Shown piece after piece: positions 50,714-62,391 of a DNA stretch of 64,000 nt; the stretch's first letter is position 1; each line of letters starts with the position of its first letter. The stretch comes from Mobula hypostoma. Its lineage: Eukaryota. A program made the position numbers and the translations under genes. Where the stretch lies: positions 201,812,001 to 201,876,000 of the forward strand of contig NC_086097.1 in assembly GCF_963921235.1 (NCBI RefSeq). Reading direction: 5' to 3'. The notes below the pieces were generated by a model that made no database searches, was not told the origin of the DNA, and was given only the letters and a program-made list of their open reading frames with translations.

Positions 50714-52702
50714 GTGTCTCTTGGGGGAACACATTCCCAGCAGTGTACCAAGGAACTCCCAAAAGATAAAGACCCTATTTCTGAAGGCCTAGTGGGACGG
50801 CACTCCAATGGGTCGTTACGGAGGGATGGAAGCTATGCTAAAGCCAAACTCAGCACCAAGTCGCAGGTCAAGTTGCTGTATAGTTTGTTTTACAACCAGT
50901 TTCTGAAGCGTTCACCCTTGACAACATTCAGGGCACTGGAGATTTGGGGTACCATTGCTGGTGATTATCCAGACAACGGTTATTGGTCAGTGAAACTGGA
51001 GCTCTCGGAGACCAATGTGGGGGTGTTTGAGGGTCGTGAATCATTAGTGCTGATGTGTCCGTTGCGATGGGCAGCATTTCGATTCTGGAGGGGTGAGGAG
51101 GCGCATGGGGGCCTGCCAGAAGAAGGGGCAGATGAGAGCTGTTTGGGGGCATTGTCTGTGCACTCAGTGTTTCGAGCTGCTTGTGAGGACGTGTATAGCA
51201 GCATTGGGCCGGAACTGAATTTAAATGAGAGCCAATGGTGGTACGGCCCAGGGAAAGTATCTGAGGGTGAGGCCCTCTTAGTAGACGCTCCAAAATACCA
51301 TGGGGGGGGGTGGGAGTTGACTGCTGAAGACACCTCTGTGAGAGAGAGGTTGTGGCGACTGGCCCCTGCAGACGTGGAAGACATAGGCAGCGTTTGCGTG
51401 GATTATAGGACTCTGAACAGGCGCACCGTCCCTGACCAGTATCCAGACCCAAGGGTCGAAGATGTGCTGGTCTGTCTGAGTGGTGCAAAGTGGTTTAATG
51501 TGCTGGATCTGAGGAGTGGATGTTGCCAGATCCGGATGAGTGAGGCCGACAAGGAGAAGACAGCTGTTATAGGTCCCCTGGGATTCTTCCAGTCCAAAAA
51601 GATGCTCCAGGGCATATCCAGAGCCCTTGCAACCTTCTCGCGGGGCATGGGGAAGACAGTGGGGAATGTGGAATTGTATGGAGTTTTGGTGTATTTGGAT
51701 GATCTCCTAGTATTTGGATTTGCCTTGGAAGACTATGAAGCGAGGCGAGTGTGGGATCATGGGCAACTAGGGGTTAAAGAAATAAAACTTTCTCTCGACA
51801 CGTGTCAGGTCTGGCGAAGGTCGCAGCTCGTGAGTATTCGGCGTTCATTTGTAGAATTCTGTGGTTATTATTGGAGACATTACCCAACGCACCAGTTGAA
51901 TTTCCTGACTTTGGAACAGACGATGGAGGTGGAGGAGCTGAGTGACTGCCTCTATGGGATCAAGTTTGAAGTGGAGATGGAGAAACAGAATTCCGAGCAG
52001 AAACTGGAGAAATTGATCCAGAACAAGTTAGAAGAGTTGCACGTTGGGGAAGACAAAGGAAGCTGTCTGACTAGGGCCAACAGAGGACTGAGAACACAGA
52101 GAGGGGAGTCTGAATACAATTCAGAGGAGGTAAAGCAATGGCGTACAGATCTCGGAAGAAGGGAGCGGAAGCTTGAAGGAGACCTGAAGATGATTATCGA
52201 CAGCCTAAATGAAATGGGAAGACTGGAAGCTGAACAGGAAGAAGTCATGAAGAAGAAAAAGCTGGAGATAAGTTCAGGGACCACTAAACTGGAGGAGTCC
52301 AAGAAGAAGCTGACGCCTCGATTACAGGAGGCTGAAGAGGCTGCAGAAGCAGGCCAGGCCAAGTGCTCCAGTTTGGAGAAAACCAAACAGCAGCTACCGA
52401 TCGAGGAAATGGGAAAGAATATAGATTCAAAGGATGATGAGCTGGATGTGTGGTACCTGCTGCCTTTCACTAATTTCCCCTTGATTGAGGAAGAGACTTT
52501 TGGTCCTTCTCCCACTGAGTCAGGCGTAGTGGGGAGGGTTACTTGTGGGCAACCTGGGTTACAGCAGGACCCTGAAGGAAAGGAAGTGGGGGCCTGGACA
52601 CGAGATAGGGAGCATGTTGCAGGGGGCATGAGAGATAGATTGAGAGAGGATTTGGCAAGCAGACCCGAAGTATCCCCAGTAGTGTTCGAGCCTGACGGTT
52701 AG
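50714..52702 (+). CDS. Chimeric 662-aa ORF: degenerate Gypsy protease/RT/RNase H + myosin heavy-chain rod fragments + pol C-terminal linker
   Basis: CVDYRTLN...LDLRSG...KEKTA...[10 protein letters not shown] (RT); [10 protein letters not shown] (RNase H); then EDK...RKLEGDLKM...KKLEIS and [15 protein letters not shown]...[13 protein letters not shown] (myosin rod). Start codon (GTG) and expression are unknown. Confidence 0.7.
   Translation: MSLGGTHSQQCTKELPKDKDPISEGLVGRHSNGSLRRDGSYAKAKLSTKSQVKLLYSLFYNQFLKRSPLTTFRALEIWGTIAGDYPDNGYWSVKLELSETNVGVFEGRESLVLMCPLRWAAFRFWRGEEAHGGLPEEGADESCLGALSVHSVFRAACEDVYSSIGPELNLNESQWWYGPGKVSEGEALLVDAPKYHGGGWELTAEDTSVRERLWRLAPADVEDIGSVCVDYRTLNRRTVPDQYPDPRVEDVLVCLSGAKWFNVLDLRSGCCQIRMSEADKEKTAVIGPLGFFQSKKMLQGISRALATFSRGMGKTVGNVELYGVLVYLDDLLVFGFALEDYEARRVWDHGQLGVKEIKLSLDTCQVWRRSQLVSIRRSFVEFCGYYWRHYPTHQLNFLTLEQTMEVEELSDCLYGIKFEVEMEKQNSEQKLEKLIQNKLEELHVGEDKGSCLTRANRGLRTQRGESEYNSEEVKQWRTDLGRRERKLEGDLKMIIDSLNEMGRLEAEQEEVMKKKKLEISSGTTKLEESKKKLTPRLQEAEEAAEAGQAKCSSLEKTKQQLPIEEMGKNIDSKDDELDVWYLLPFTNFPLIEEETFGPSPTESGVVGRVTCGQPGLQQDPEGKEVGAWTRDREHVAGGMRDRLREDLASRPEVSPVVFEPDG
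51974..52405 (+). pseudogene. Captured processed fragments of a sarcomeric myosin heavy chain (MYH16-like)
   Basis: Ungapped correspondence to the S2/LMM signature peptides LDDLQAEEDKVNTLTK...RKLEGDLK and ELEEAKKKLAQRLQEAEE...[10 protein letters not shown]. Confidence 0.85.
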
Positions 52703-52892
52703 ATAAGTGGGTACGGAGGTCTCAGAGGATTAGGAGACTCCCGGATAGGTTGGCCAATGTAGTGCCTGGGGAACATGGCGTAAAGTCTACTATTTGGGGA
52801 GCGATGTCACTGTTTTGTACCTGGATTGGGTTTTTGTGTCTGCAGGAAGGGTTGACGAGTTATTTAGACGTCATGAGAACATGACTAAATTT

Positions 52893-52905
52893 GGTGGGGG
52901 GAGAG
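52893..52905 (+). promoter_or_regulatory. Polypurine tract
   Basis: ggtggggggagag immediately 5' of the 3' LTR TG. Confidence 0.85.
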
Positions 52906-53527
52906 TGTAAGGGATTCTTGGGTTCTTCTTTCATGTTACTTGCTAAGGCTAATAAAATGGCTTCTCTGTAATGTTAACTGCTGAGGTAAGGGGTTCTCTG
53001 CAGCAGCATGTCTGGGTTATAATTAGTGACAATGGGACTTGTATTCAATTGCTAACCAATTGGGACAGATGTTATTCTTTCTTGTGTATCTGAAAGCTGT
53101 TGCTTGCGTGGGATTTGGCCAGAACACACCATGGGGATGAAGAAAGAAGATGCACACAAAGAGATGCTATGAGTTGGCTTGCGGAGTGGACCCCAAGCGG
53201 GGGCTCGGGACCCGGCGGAGTTTGGAGGAGATCAAATGGTGGAAAGTGGATATTGCATAAGCTCCAACGAATTATTTGTGCACAGACTGAATAAAGATAT
53301 AGTGGCACTTTTTTACTTCATATTTTGATTCTCTACTAACCCCATAGTTCAAGTAAGAGTTATAAAATCTTAATTATTTAACCGCATCCTGTGTACAGCT
53401 TGTCATCATGAGCTACTGATTTGAAATGGGGCACAATGCACAGCATTCACCCAAACGAGAGTTCTAAGGTTTGGCTGGGCAGGGGATATCACCCCTCGAT
53501 CATACCACTAGACTAAGCGAGGGTTCA
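52906..53527 (+). repeat. 3' LTR
   Basis: tgtaag...gggttca followed by the ctat TSD; roughly 92% identical to the 5' LTR by hand count. Confidence 0.92.
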
Positions 53528-53549
53528 CTATCTTTTTATTCCTAGAATT

Positions 53550-54660
53550 AAAAAAAGTGCTGGAACAACTCAGCAGGTCAACAGCATCTGTGGAAAAAGG
53601 TTTAAGTCGACATTTTAGATGGGCAGCAAATCGTCCCCGCTCCCCACTGGTGCTCCTCCCCCCTTTTCTTTCTTCCATGGCCTTCTTTTCTTTCCCTTCA
53701 GACTCGCCCTTCTCCAGCCTTGTATCTCTTTCACCAGTCAACTTCCCAGCTCTTTACTTCATCCCTCCATCTTCTCGGTTTCACCTGTTGCCTTGTCGCC
53801 TCTCTCCCCTGCCCCACCTTTAAAATCTACTCCTCATCCTAATTTCTCCAGTCCTGCTGAAGGGTTTCGGCCTGAAATGTCAACAGTACTTTTCCATAGA
53901 TGCTGTCTGGGCTGCTGAGTTCCTCGAGCATTTTGTGCGTGTTGTCTGGATTTCCAGCATCTGCAGATTTTTTCTTGTTTGTGATTTCAGATCCAGACCC
54001 TGCCATCAGGACAGAAAGAGACAGGGAGAAATGCCAGTGGTTTAAAGATGAGTAGATGATATATGGAGTGAAAATTATGGGCAGATGGGAAATAGAGAGT
54101 AGGACAGAGGCTGGCAGGCAATAGTTAGAGCCAGATGGAGAGACGATGATAGCTAGATGAAACCAGGTGGGAGGAGGGCATGGGAGGATTGAGCTTTGCT
54201 ACAGAGAGGCCAAATGCAAAACAGATTCCACCTGTGTGACCTATAACCCAATGGTACAAAGCAACTGAATTTTCCATTTTCAAGTAGCCCACGTACCAGG
54301 TCCCTTCTCCAGCACACACACACACACACACACCGCTTATTCATTCCTGTCATTCCTTCCCTTCACTTTGTTCCATTTATCCATCATCCCCTCACCATCT
54401 CTTTTAACCAATCACCTATCAGCCTCTGCCCACTCCTCTTCCATACGTGGTTCCATCTTGCCAGCAAACCCTCCCCATATCACCTACCAATCTCTATTTC
54501 CACCCATCTTTTGACAATCTTTCATTTCCCCTCTCAGTTATAAGGCAACGTCTCAAGCCAAAATATAGTTTACATCTTTTGCCTCCTCAGACAAGTTACC
54601 ACTGAATTCATTGACATTCTGTTTTTATTCTAGATATAAGCATCTGCAGTCTCTCTTGCT
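53550..54660. mobile_element. Old PLE-tail foldback element interrupted by a younger PLE-tail insertion (~53621-53983)
   Basis: Purine-rich 54095-54180 is the inverted counterpart of pyrimidine-rich 54355-54440. The younger insert is flanked by attttagat/atttcagat. Hammerhead-like motif at 53850-53885; (CA)n at 54313-54332. Confidence 0.65.
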
Positions 54661-55749
54661 TACACTGACACCACGCCTAGTACAATTCCAATCATGCTAA
54701 AGAGTCATGATCAAAAAGTCAGAAACAATGAGAGATAGCCAAGCATGGAAAAATCTATGGGCAAAATTAAGTAATACGGAAGGATTTATGACCACAGTGC
54801 AATTTATATTGTAGGTTCCCTAAAAGCAGTATGAAGTGTTAGGAGGCAGAGAAGCAGAAATTAAGCAAGCATGAGGTAAAGACTGGATGGTTTTACCGGA
54901 GGGTTTTGAATTAATTAAATATTGAAATACGGAGACACATTCAACTGTGAAAATTAGTAAATTTCTGATATGCATACTTCATAGTTTTCTGCAATAATTT
55001 GACTGGATCCCAGCAAGGAAACAGGATATAGAAGATTTAAATTGAGTAATGAGCTAGATTTAGTTCACCGCCAAATATTGCATTATACTTTACCTAATAG
55101 TAATAAGGTGACCAAATTCTAAACAGTGCTTCAAACAGAGAAAGGCAAGACAGTAACTAATATATTACATTTGGAAACTCTGACTGCTACGTGAAGAAAC
55201 AGGGAATAAACATGGGGAAAATGGAGAAGCCTGCAAATGGGTAAGAGCATTGTTTTGTTGTTGGAGATGCTAGAAACTAAATTTAGTACGATATAAAGTA
55301 ATTTACAACCCCAAGGAGTAAGACTGTTTTTTGCCAGAAATAAAAAAAAGTCAATTAAAGGAACCAAATGAAAACATATGCAAGCTACATGCTCAGAGAA
55401 ATTTTAAAAAAACACAAAAAAAGTGACATAATAAAGAGTAAGAGTTACAAAGGTTCAAAGTAAATTTTATTATCAAAGTAGGTCACCATATACTGCATTG
55501 AGATTTGTTTTCTTGCAGGCATTCACAGTAGAAAAGTAATATTAAATAAACTCGTAAAAATCAACACACAGCAATTATTATGGCCACATTAGGGAAAAGA
55601 GTTTGGATCTTTAAAATAGCACCGACGATATTTAAAAATATTAAAAAAAAACAAGTGGCAGAAATGTTGAATGACTTAGAGAAGAACTTCAATGAGAACT
55701 TCAGAGAAGATGACACGATAATAAGCAGCAGGTTTCACCTAAGTTACTG

Positions 55750-57230
55750 AGGAGTAGGTGCTTGGGAAGCTGAAAGGTTTGGAGATAGATAAGTTACCTG
55801 GACCAAATGAACTACAACCCAAGGTTCTGAAAGAGGTAGCCAAAAAGATTGTAGAGGCAGTAGTAGTGATCTTTCAAGAATCACTAAATTCTGGAATGGT
55901 TCTGGAGGGCTGCAAAATTGCAAATGCCACTCTATTCTTTTGGGGGGGGGCAGAATAAAAGAAATTAGAGGCCAGTTAGCTTGACTTCAGTGGTTGGAAA
56001 TATGTTATTCATTATTAAGAATGAGTTTTCGGGGAACTTACAGGCACATTATAAAGTCAGTATAGTTTCCTTAAGGGGAAATCTTGTCTGACAAATCTGT
56101 TAGAATTCTTTGAGGAAATAACAGGCAGGATAGACAAAGATAAATCAGTGGATGTTGTTTACTTGGGTTTTCAAAAAGCTGCTTAACAAGAGCCCATGGT
56201 ATTACAGAAAAAATACATGCAAGGATAGAAGATTGGCAGGAGGCAAAGAGTGAGAATAAAGGGGTCTAATGTATTTGGTTGCTAGTGATTAACAGTGTTC
56301 CTCAGGGGTCAGTATTGGGACCGATTCTTTTCATGTTATATGCCAGTGATTTGGATGACAGAATTGATGGCCTTGTGGCCAAGTTTCCAGATGATACAAA
56401 ATAGGTGGAGGGGCAAGTAGTGTTGAGGAAGTAGGGAGTGTGCAGCACTTAGATAGTGGAGAATGGGCAAAGAAAAGGCAGGTGGAATACAGTGTCAGGA
56501 AGTGTACAGTCATGCTCTTTGTTAGAAGGAATAAAGGCATAGACTATTTTCTAAACAGGGAAAAAGCTCAAAAATTAGAGATGCTTGGGACTTCAGAGTC
56601 CTTGTGCAGGATTCCTTCAAGGTTAACTTACAGGTTGAGTCAATGGCAAGGAAAGGAAATGCAATTTTAGCAAGAAGACTAGAACATGAGAGCAAGCATG
56701 TGATGCTGAGGCTTTATAAGGCATTGGAGAGGATCCAGAAGAGGTTCACCAGACTGATTCCTGGGATTTAAAGGGTTAGCGCATGAAGAGCATTTGATGG
56801 CTCTGGGCCTGTACTTACTGGAGTTTAGAAGAATGAGGGGGACCTCACTGAAACCTATCAAATATTCACAGGTCTAGTGGATGTGGGGGGAATGTTCCTC
56901 TGATAGGAGAGTCAAGGACGAGAGAGCACAGCCTCAGAACAGAGGGATGTCCATTTACAAGGATGTCCATGAACAAGGATGAGAAGAAATTTCTTTAGCT
57001 AAAGGGTGGTGAGTCAATGGAATTCATCACCACAGATAAATGGTGAGGCCAAGTCACTAAGTATACTTAAAGTGGAGGTTAATGGGTTCTTGGTTCGTTG
57101 GGGTACCAAAGGTTACAGGGAGAAGGCAGGAGAATGGAGTTGGGAAGGATAATAAATCAGCCATGATGGAATGGCACTGCAGACCTAATGGGATGAGTGG
57201 CCGAATTCTACTCCCATGTCTTATGATTTT
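55750..57230 (+). mobile_element. CR1-like LINE ORF2 3' part, degraded
   Basis: DKLPGPNELQPKVLKEVA..., RT nucleotide motifs, CR1 3' UTR. Confidence 0.85.
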
Positions 57231-58242
57231 ATTGTCTAAAATGAACATAAGCAAAATAACAATGATGATAAAAATAATGGTACTAATGAGTGTCTGGTTT
57301 CTCGAACCAGCTAGCTTCCACTCAAGGATTTCAGATCAAGTAGGTGAGTATAATGTAAATGCCCTAACTATAATTTTGCAGTGTTCTCATTACAGAAAAC
57401 AAAGTCTTTATGTTGGAAAACTCTGCATGTCAAAAAGAGGAAAAAGAAATAGACTTGTAAGGTTAACATATGTAAGGACATTCTATGGAGCTGTAACCTG
57501 ACATAATGGAAATAACAATTATGAATTAACAAGTGAGATTATTGATAAGAGTACATCATTCATTTAGGTTTATTTTTGTTTCTCATTTCAGCTGCCTCTT
57601 TGCACAGCTCAGCCTCTGTCAGAGTCTTTTATATTTACAGTACAGACAACAAATGTTGGCAGCTTGGATGTATTTTGTACTAACTGATAGTGACACCAGG
57701 AGCCTTCCTTTCTGGTTACTTGGTTGATGGCCCATTTGGCATACCCCACTATATTCAGTACACATGCTTGGAAGCCGTAATAACAAGAGCATGGATTACA
57801 TCATGTGATTCAGGAACATTTTAGCTTTTTCTGTTTAACAGTGATAAAAAAAACCTTCAAAAAATTTCCAAACCTTTTCCTACACCCAATTTATAATTCC
57901 ACCCACAAAATATTTAAGATACTGTATATTATTTTATTTTTAAGCAAAGATTCCAAAGAAAAAATGTTTTAACAGCAGAGCAACATAAGAGAAAGGAGAA
58001 ATACTAATGCCCCATATAACATAAAGCTGTACAGCGGCTTATTCCAACTAAACATATCAAACTATCAAGGATCGAATTTTTAGAACTATATGGAAATTAT
58101 TTAACAAATATCTGTCAAATTATTAGAGTAAGAATCATATTAATTTCATATAACCTGTTCTTGGTTTATTTCCATCAGAAATTATATCCTTGTTTGCTGA
58201 AATACTGAGCTTTACAGATGAAAAGAGGCAAAGTTTTAATAT

Positions 58243-58437
58243 AAACGAGAGAAAATCTGAAGATGCTGGAAATCCAAGCAACACACACAAAATGCTGGGG
58301 GAAATCAGCAGGCCAGGCAGCATCTATGCAAAAAGAGTACAGTTGCTGAAGGGTTTTGGCCCAAAACGTCGACTGTGCTTTTTTCCATAGATGCTGCCTA
58401 GCCTGCTGAGTGCCTCCAGTATTTAGTATGTGTTGCT
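58243..58437. mobile_element. 195-bp foldback PLE-tail element with 14-bp TSD
   Basis: caaagttttaatat at 58229-58242 and 58438-58451; arms are mutually reverse-complementary; decayed hammerhead at ~58341-58374. Confidence 0.88.
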
Positions 58438-58464
58438 CAAAGTTTTAATATGTATTTCTTTGCC

Positions 58465-61400
58465 TGGACAGGGAGAGCGAGGTGGTGATAGAAAGGAGTT
58501 ATAGGCAGGTGGTCACACCGGGGCCATGGGAGACAGACAAGTGGGTAGCGGTCAGGAGAGGGAAGGGGAAGAGTCAGGTACTAGAGAGTACCCCTGTGGT
58601 TGTACCCCTTGACAATAAGTACTCCTGTTTGAGTACTGTTGGGGGGAACAGCCTACCTGGGGGAAGCAACAGTGGCCGTGCCTCTGGCACAGAGTCTGGC
58701 CCTGTGGCTCAGAAGGGTAGGGAAAGGAACAGAAAGGCAGTAGTGATCGGGGGCTCTATAGTTAGGGGGTCAGACAGGCGACTCTGCGGACGCAGGAAAG
58801 AAACTCGGACGGTAGTTTGCCTCCAAGGTGCCAGGGTCTGGGATGTTTCAGATCTCATCCAAGATACTCTGCAGTGGGAGGAAGAACAGCCAGAGGTCGT
58901 GATACATATTGGTACCAATGATATAGGTACAAAAAGGGAAGAGGTCCTGAAAAAAAAAGACTACAGGGAGTTAGGAAGGAAGTTGAGAAGCAGGACTGCA
59001 AAGGTAGTCATCTCGGGATTACAGCCTGTGCCACACGATTGGAGGATAAATGTGTGGCTGAGGGATTGGAGCAGGGGGCAGAGATTCAGATTTCTGGATC
59101 ATTGAGACCTCTTTTGGGGCAGGTGTGACCCGTACAAAAAGGACGGGTTGCACTTGAATCCCAGGGGGACCAATATCCTGGTGGGGAAGTTTGCTAAGGC
59201 TACAGGGGAGAGTTTAAACTAGAATTGTTGGAGGGTGGGAACCGTACTGAAGACACGGGGGAAAAGGTGGTTGGCTCACAAATAGAGAAAGCTTGGAGAC
59301 AATGTGTGAGGGAGGATAGGCAGGTGATTGTGAAGACGCACTCAGATGGACAGTTTGAGATGTGTCTATTTTAACGCAAGGAGTATTGTGAACAAAGCGG
59401 ATAAGCTTAGAGTGTGGAACAGTACTTGGAGCTATGATGTGGTGGCCATTACAGAGACCTAGATGGCTCAGGGACAGGAATGGTTACTTCAAGTGCCGGG
59501 TTTTAGATGTTTCAGAAAGGACAGGGAGGGAGGCAAAAGAGGTGGGGGCGTGGAACTGTTGATCAGAGATAGTGTCACGGCTGCAGAAAAGGTGGATGTC
59601 ATGGAGGGATTTCCTACAGAGTCCCTGTGGGTGGAGGTTAGGAACAGGAAGAGGTCAGTAACTTTACTGGGTGTTTTTTATAGGCCGCCCAATAGTAACA
59701 AGGATATCAAGGAGCAGATAGGAAAACAGATCCTGGAAAAGTGTAATAATAAGAGTTGTCGTGATGGGAGATTTTAATTTCCCAAATATCGATTGGCATC
59801 TCCCTAGAGCAAGGGGTTTAGATGGGGTGGAGTTTGTTAGGTGTGTTCAGGAAGGTTTCTTGACACAATATGTAGATAAGCCTACAAGAGGAGAGACTGT
59901 ACTTAATTTGGTATTAGGAAATGAACCTGGTTAAGTGTTGGATCTCATAGTGGGAGAGCATTTTGGAGATAGTGATCATAATTCTATCTCCTTTACAATA
60001 GCATTGGAGAGAGATAGGAACAGGCAAGTTAGAAAAGCATTTAATTGGAGTAAGGGGAATTATGAGGCTATCAGGCAGGAAACTGGAAGCTTAAATTGGG
60101 AATAGATGTTTTTAGGGAAAAGTATGGAAGAAAGGGGAAAATGTTCAGAGGATATTTGTGTGGGGTTCTGCATATGTACGTTCCAATGAGACGGGGAAGT
60201 TATGGTAGGGTACAGGAACCGCCGTGTACAAAGACTGTAATAAATCTAGTCAAGAAGAAAAGCTTACAAAAGGTTCAGAGAGTTAGGAAATGTTAGGGAT
60301 CTAGAAGACTATAAGGCTAACAGGAAGGAGCTTAAAAAGGAAATTAGGAGAGCCAGAAGGGGCCATGAGAAGCCCTTAGCGGGCAGGATTAAGGAAAACC
60401 CCAAGGCATTCTACAAGTATGTGAAAAACAAGAGAATAAGACGTGAAAGAATAGGACCTATCAAACGTGACAGTGGAAAAGTGTGTATGGAACAGGAGGA
60501 AATAGCAGGGGTACTTAATGAATACTTCAATATTCACTATGGAAAAGAATCTTGATGATTGTAGTGCTGACTTGCAGCAGAGTGAAAAGCTTGAACATGT
60601 AGATATTAAGAAAGAGAATGTGCTAGAGCTTTTGGAAAGCATCAAGTTGGCTAAGTCGCTGGGACCGGATGAGATGTACCCCAGGCTACTGTGGGAGGCG
60701 AGGGAGGAGATTGCTGAGCCTCTGGTAATGATCTTTAAATCATCAATGGGGACGAAAGAGATTCCAGAGGATTGAGGGGTTGCGGATGTTGTTCCTTTAT
60801 TAAGGAAAGGGAGTAGAGATAGCCCAGGAAATTATAGACCAGTGAGTCTAACTGCAGTGGTTGATAAGTTGATGGAGAAGATCCTGAGAGGCAGGATTTA
60901 TAAACATTTGGAGAGGTATAATATGATTAGGAATAGTCAGCATGGCTTTGTCAAGGGCAGGTCGTGCCTTACGAGTCTGATTGAATTTTTTGAGGATGTG
61001 ACTAAACACAATGATGAAGGAAGAGCAGTAGATATAGTAAGCAAGGCATTTGATAAGGTATCCCATGCAAGGCTTATTGAGAAAGTAAGGAGGCATGGGA
61101 TCCAAGGGGACATTGCTTTGTGGATCCAGAACTGGCTGGCCCACAGAAGGCAAAGAGTGGTTGTAGATGGGTCATATTCTGCATGGAGGTCGGCCACCAG
61201 TGGTGTGCCTCAGGGATCTGTTCTGGGACCCTTACTCTTCGTGAATTTTATAAGTGACCTGGATGAGGAAGTTGAGGGATGAGTTAGTAAGTTTGCTGAT
61301 GACACAAAGGTTGGAGGTGTTGTGGATAGTATGGAGGGCTGTCAGAGGTTACAGCAGGACATTGATAGGATGCAAAACTGGGCTGAGAAGTGGCAGATGG

Positions 61401-62199
61401 AGTTGAACCCAGGTAAGTGTGAAGTGGTTCATTTTGGTAGGTCAAATATGATGGCAGAATATAGTATTAATAGTAAGACTCTTGGCAGTGTGGAGGATCA
61501 GATGGATCTTGGGGTCCGAGTTCAAAGGACGTTCAAAGTAGATGTGCAGGTTGACACTGTGGTTAAGAAGGCATACGGTGTATTGGCCTTCATTAATCAT
61601 GGAATTGAATTTAGCAGCCGAGAGGTAATGTTGCAGCTATATAGGACCCTGGTCAGACCCCACTTGGAGTACTGTAGTTAATTCTGGTCGCCTCACTACA
61701 GGAAAGATGTGGAAGCCATAGAAAGGGTGCAGAGGAGACTTACAAGGATGTTGCCTGGATTGGGGAGCATGCCTTATGAAAACAAGTTGAGTGAACTTGG
61801 CCTTTTCTCCTTGGAGTGACAGAGGATGAGAGGTGACCTGATAGAGGTGTATAAGATGATGAGAGGCATTGATCATGTGGATAGACAGAGGCTTTTTCCC
61901 AGGGCTGAAATGGTTGCCACAAGAGGACACAGGTTTAAGATGCTGGGGAGTAGGTACAGAGGAGATGTCAGGGGTAAATTTTTTACTCAGAGAGTGTTGA
62001 GTGCGTGGAATGGGCTGCCGGCAATGGTGGTGGAGGCGGATACGATAGGGTCTTTTGAGAAACTTTTAGATAGGTACATGAAGCTTAGAAAAATAGAGGG
62101 CTATGTGGAAGTCTAGTAATTTCTAAGGTAAGGACATGTTCGGCACAACTTTGTAGGCCGAAGGGCCTGTATTGTGCTGTAAGTTTTCTACGTTTCTAT
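58465..62199 (+). mobile_element. Near-complete CR1-like LINE (ORF1 SGNH-esterase domain, ORF2 APE + RT), pseudogenised
   Basis: AVVIGGSIVRG...[41 protein letters not shown]; multiple stops and frameshifts. Confidence 0.93.
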
Positions 62200-62391
62200 T
62201 ACTTGATTAATTAACTGATCACGTTGATTTGTAAATTGAAGTGGACTTAACAATTATTTCTAGTCTCCTTAGAATTAAAAAGTAAAAATGGCTAAAGTTG
62301 CTGATAATGATTATTATCTCGTGTCTTCTTGGATATCCTTCAGAATCACAGAAGTGACATGAAAGTGTGGGACAGAGACTGGTAAGTTACA

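Larger units (their letters stand above)
49466..53527 (+). mobile_element. Complete non-autonomous Gypsy-type LTR retroelement (4,062 bp) carrying captured myosin sequence
   Basis: Two ~0.62-kb direct repeats with TG...CA ends, TSD ctat (49462-49465 / 53528-53531), PBS, PPT and RT motifs. Confidence 0.93.

Noticed and set aside
51952..52629. 225-aa Ser-rich minus-strand ORF
   Set aside because: Antisense shadow of the Glu/Lys-rich coiled-coil ORF.
51974..52702. Coiled coil as an env/fusion protein
   Set aside because: No signal peptide, furin site or transmembrane segment; the myosin rod explains it better.
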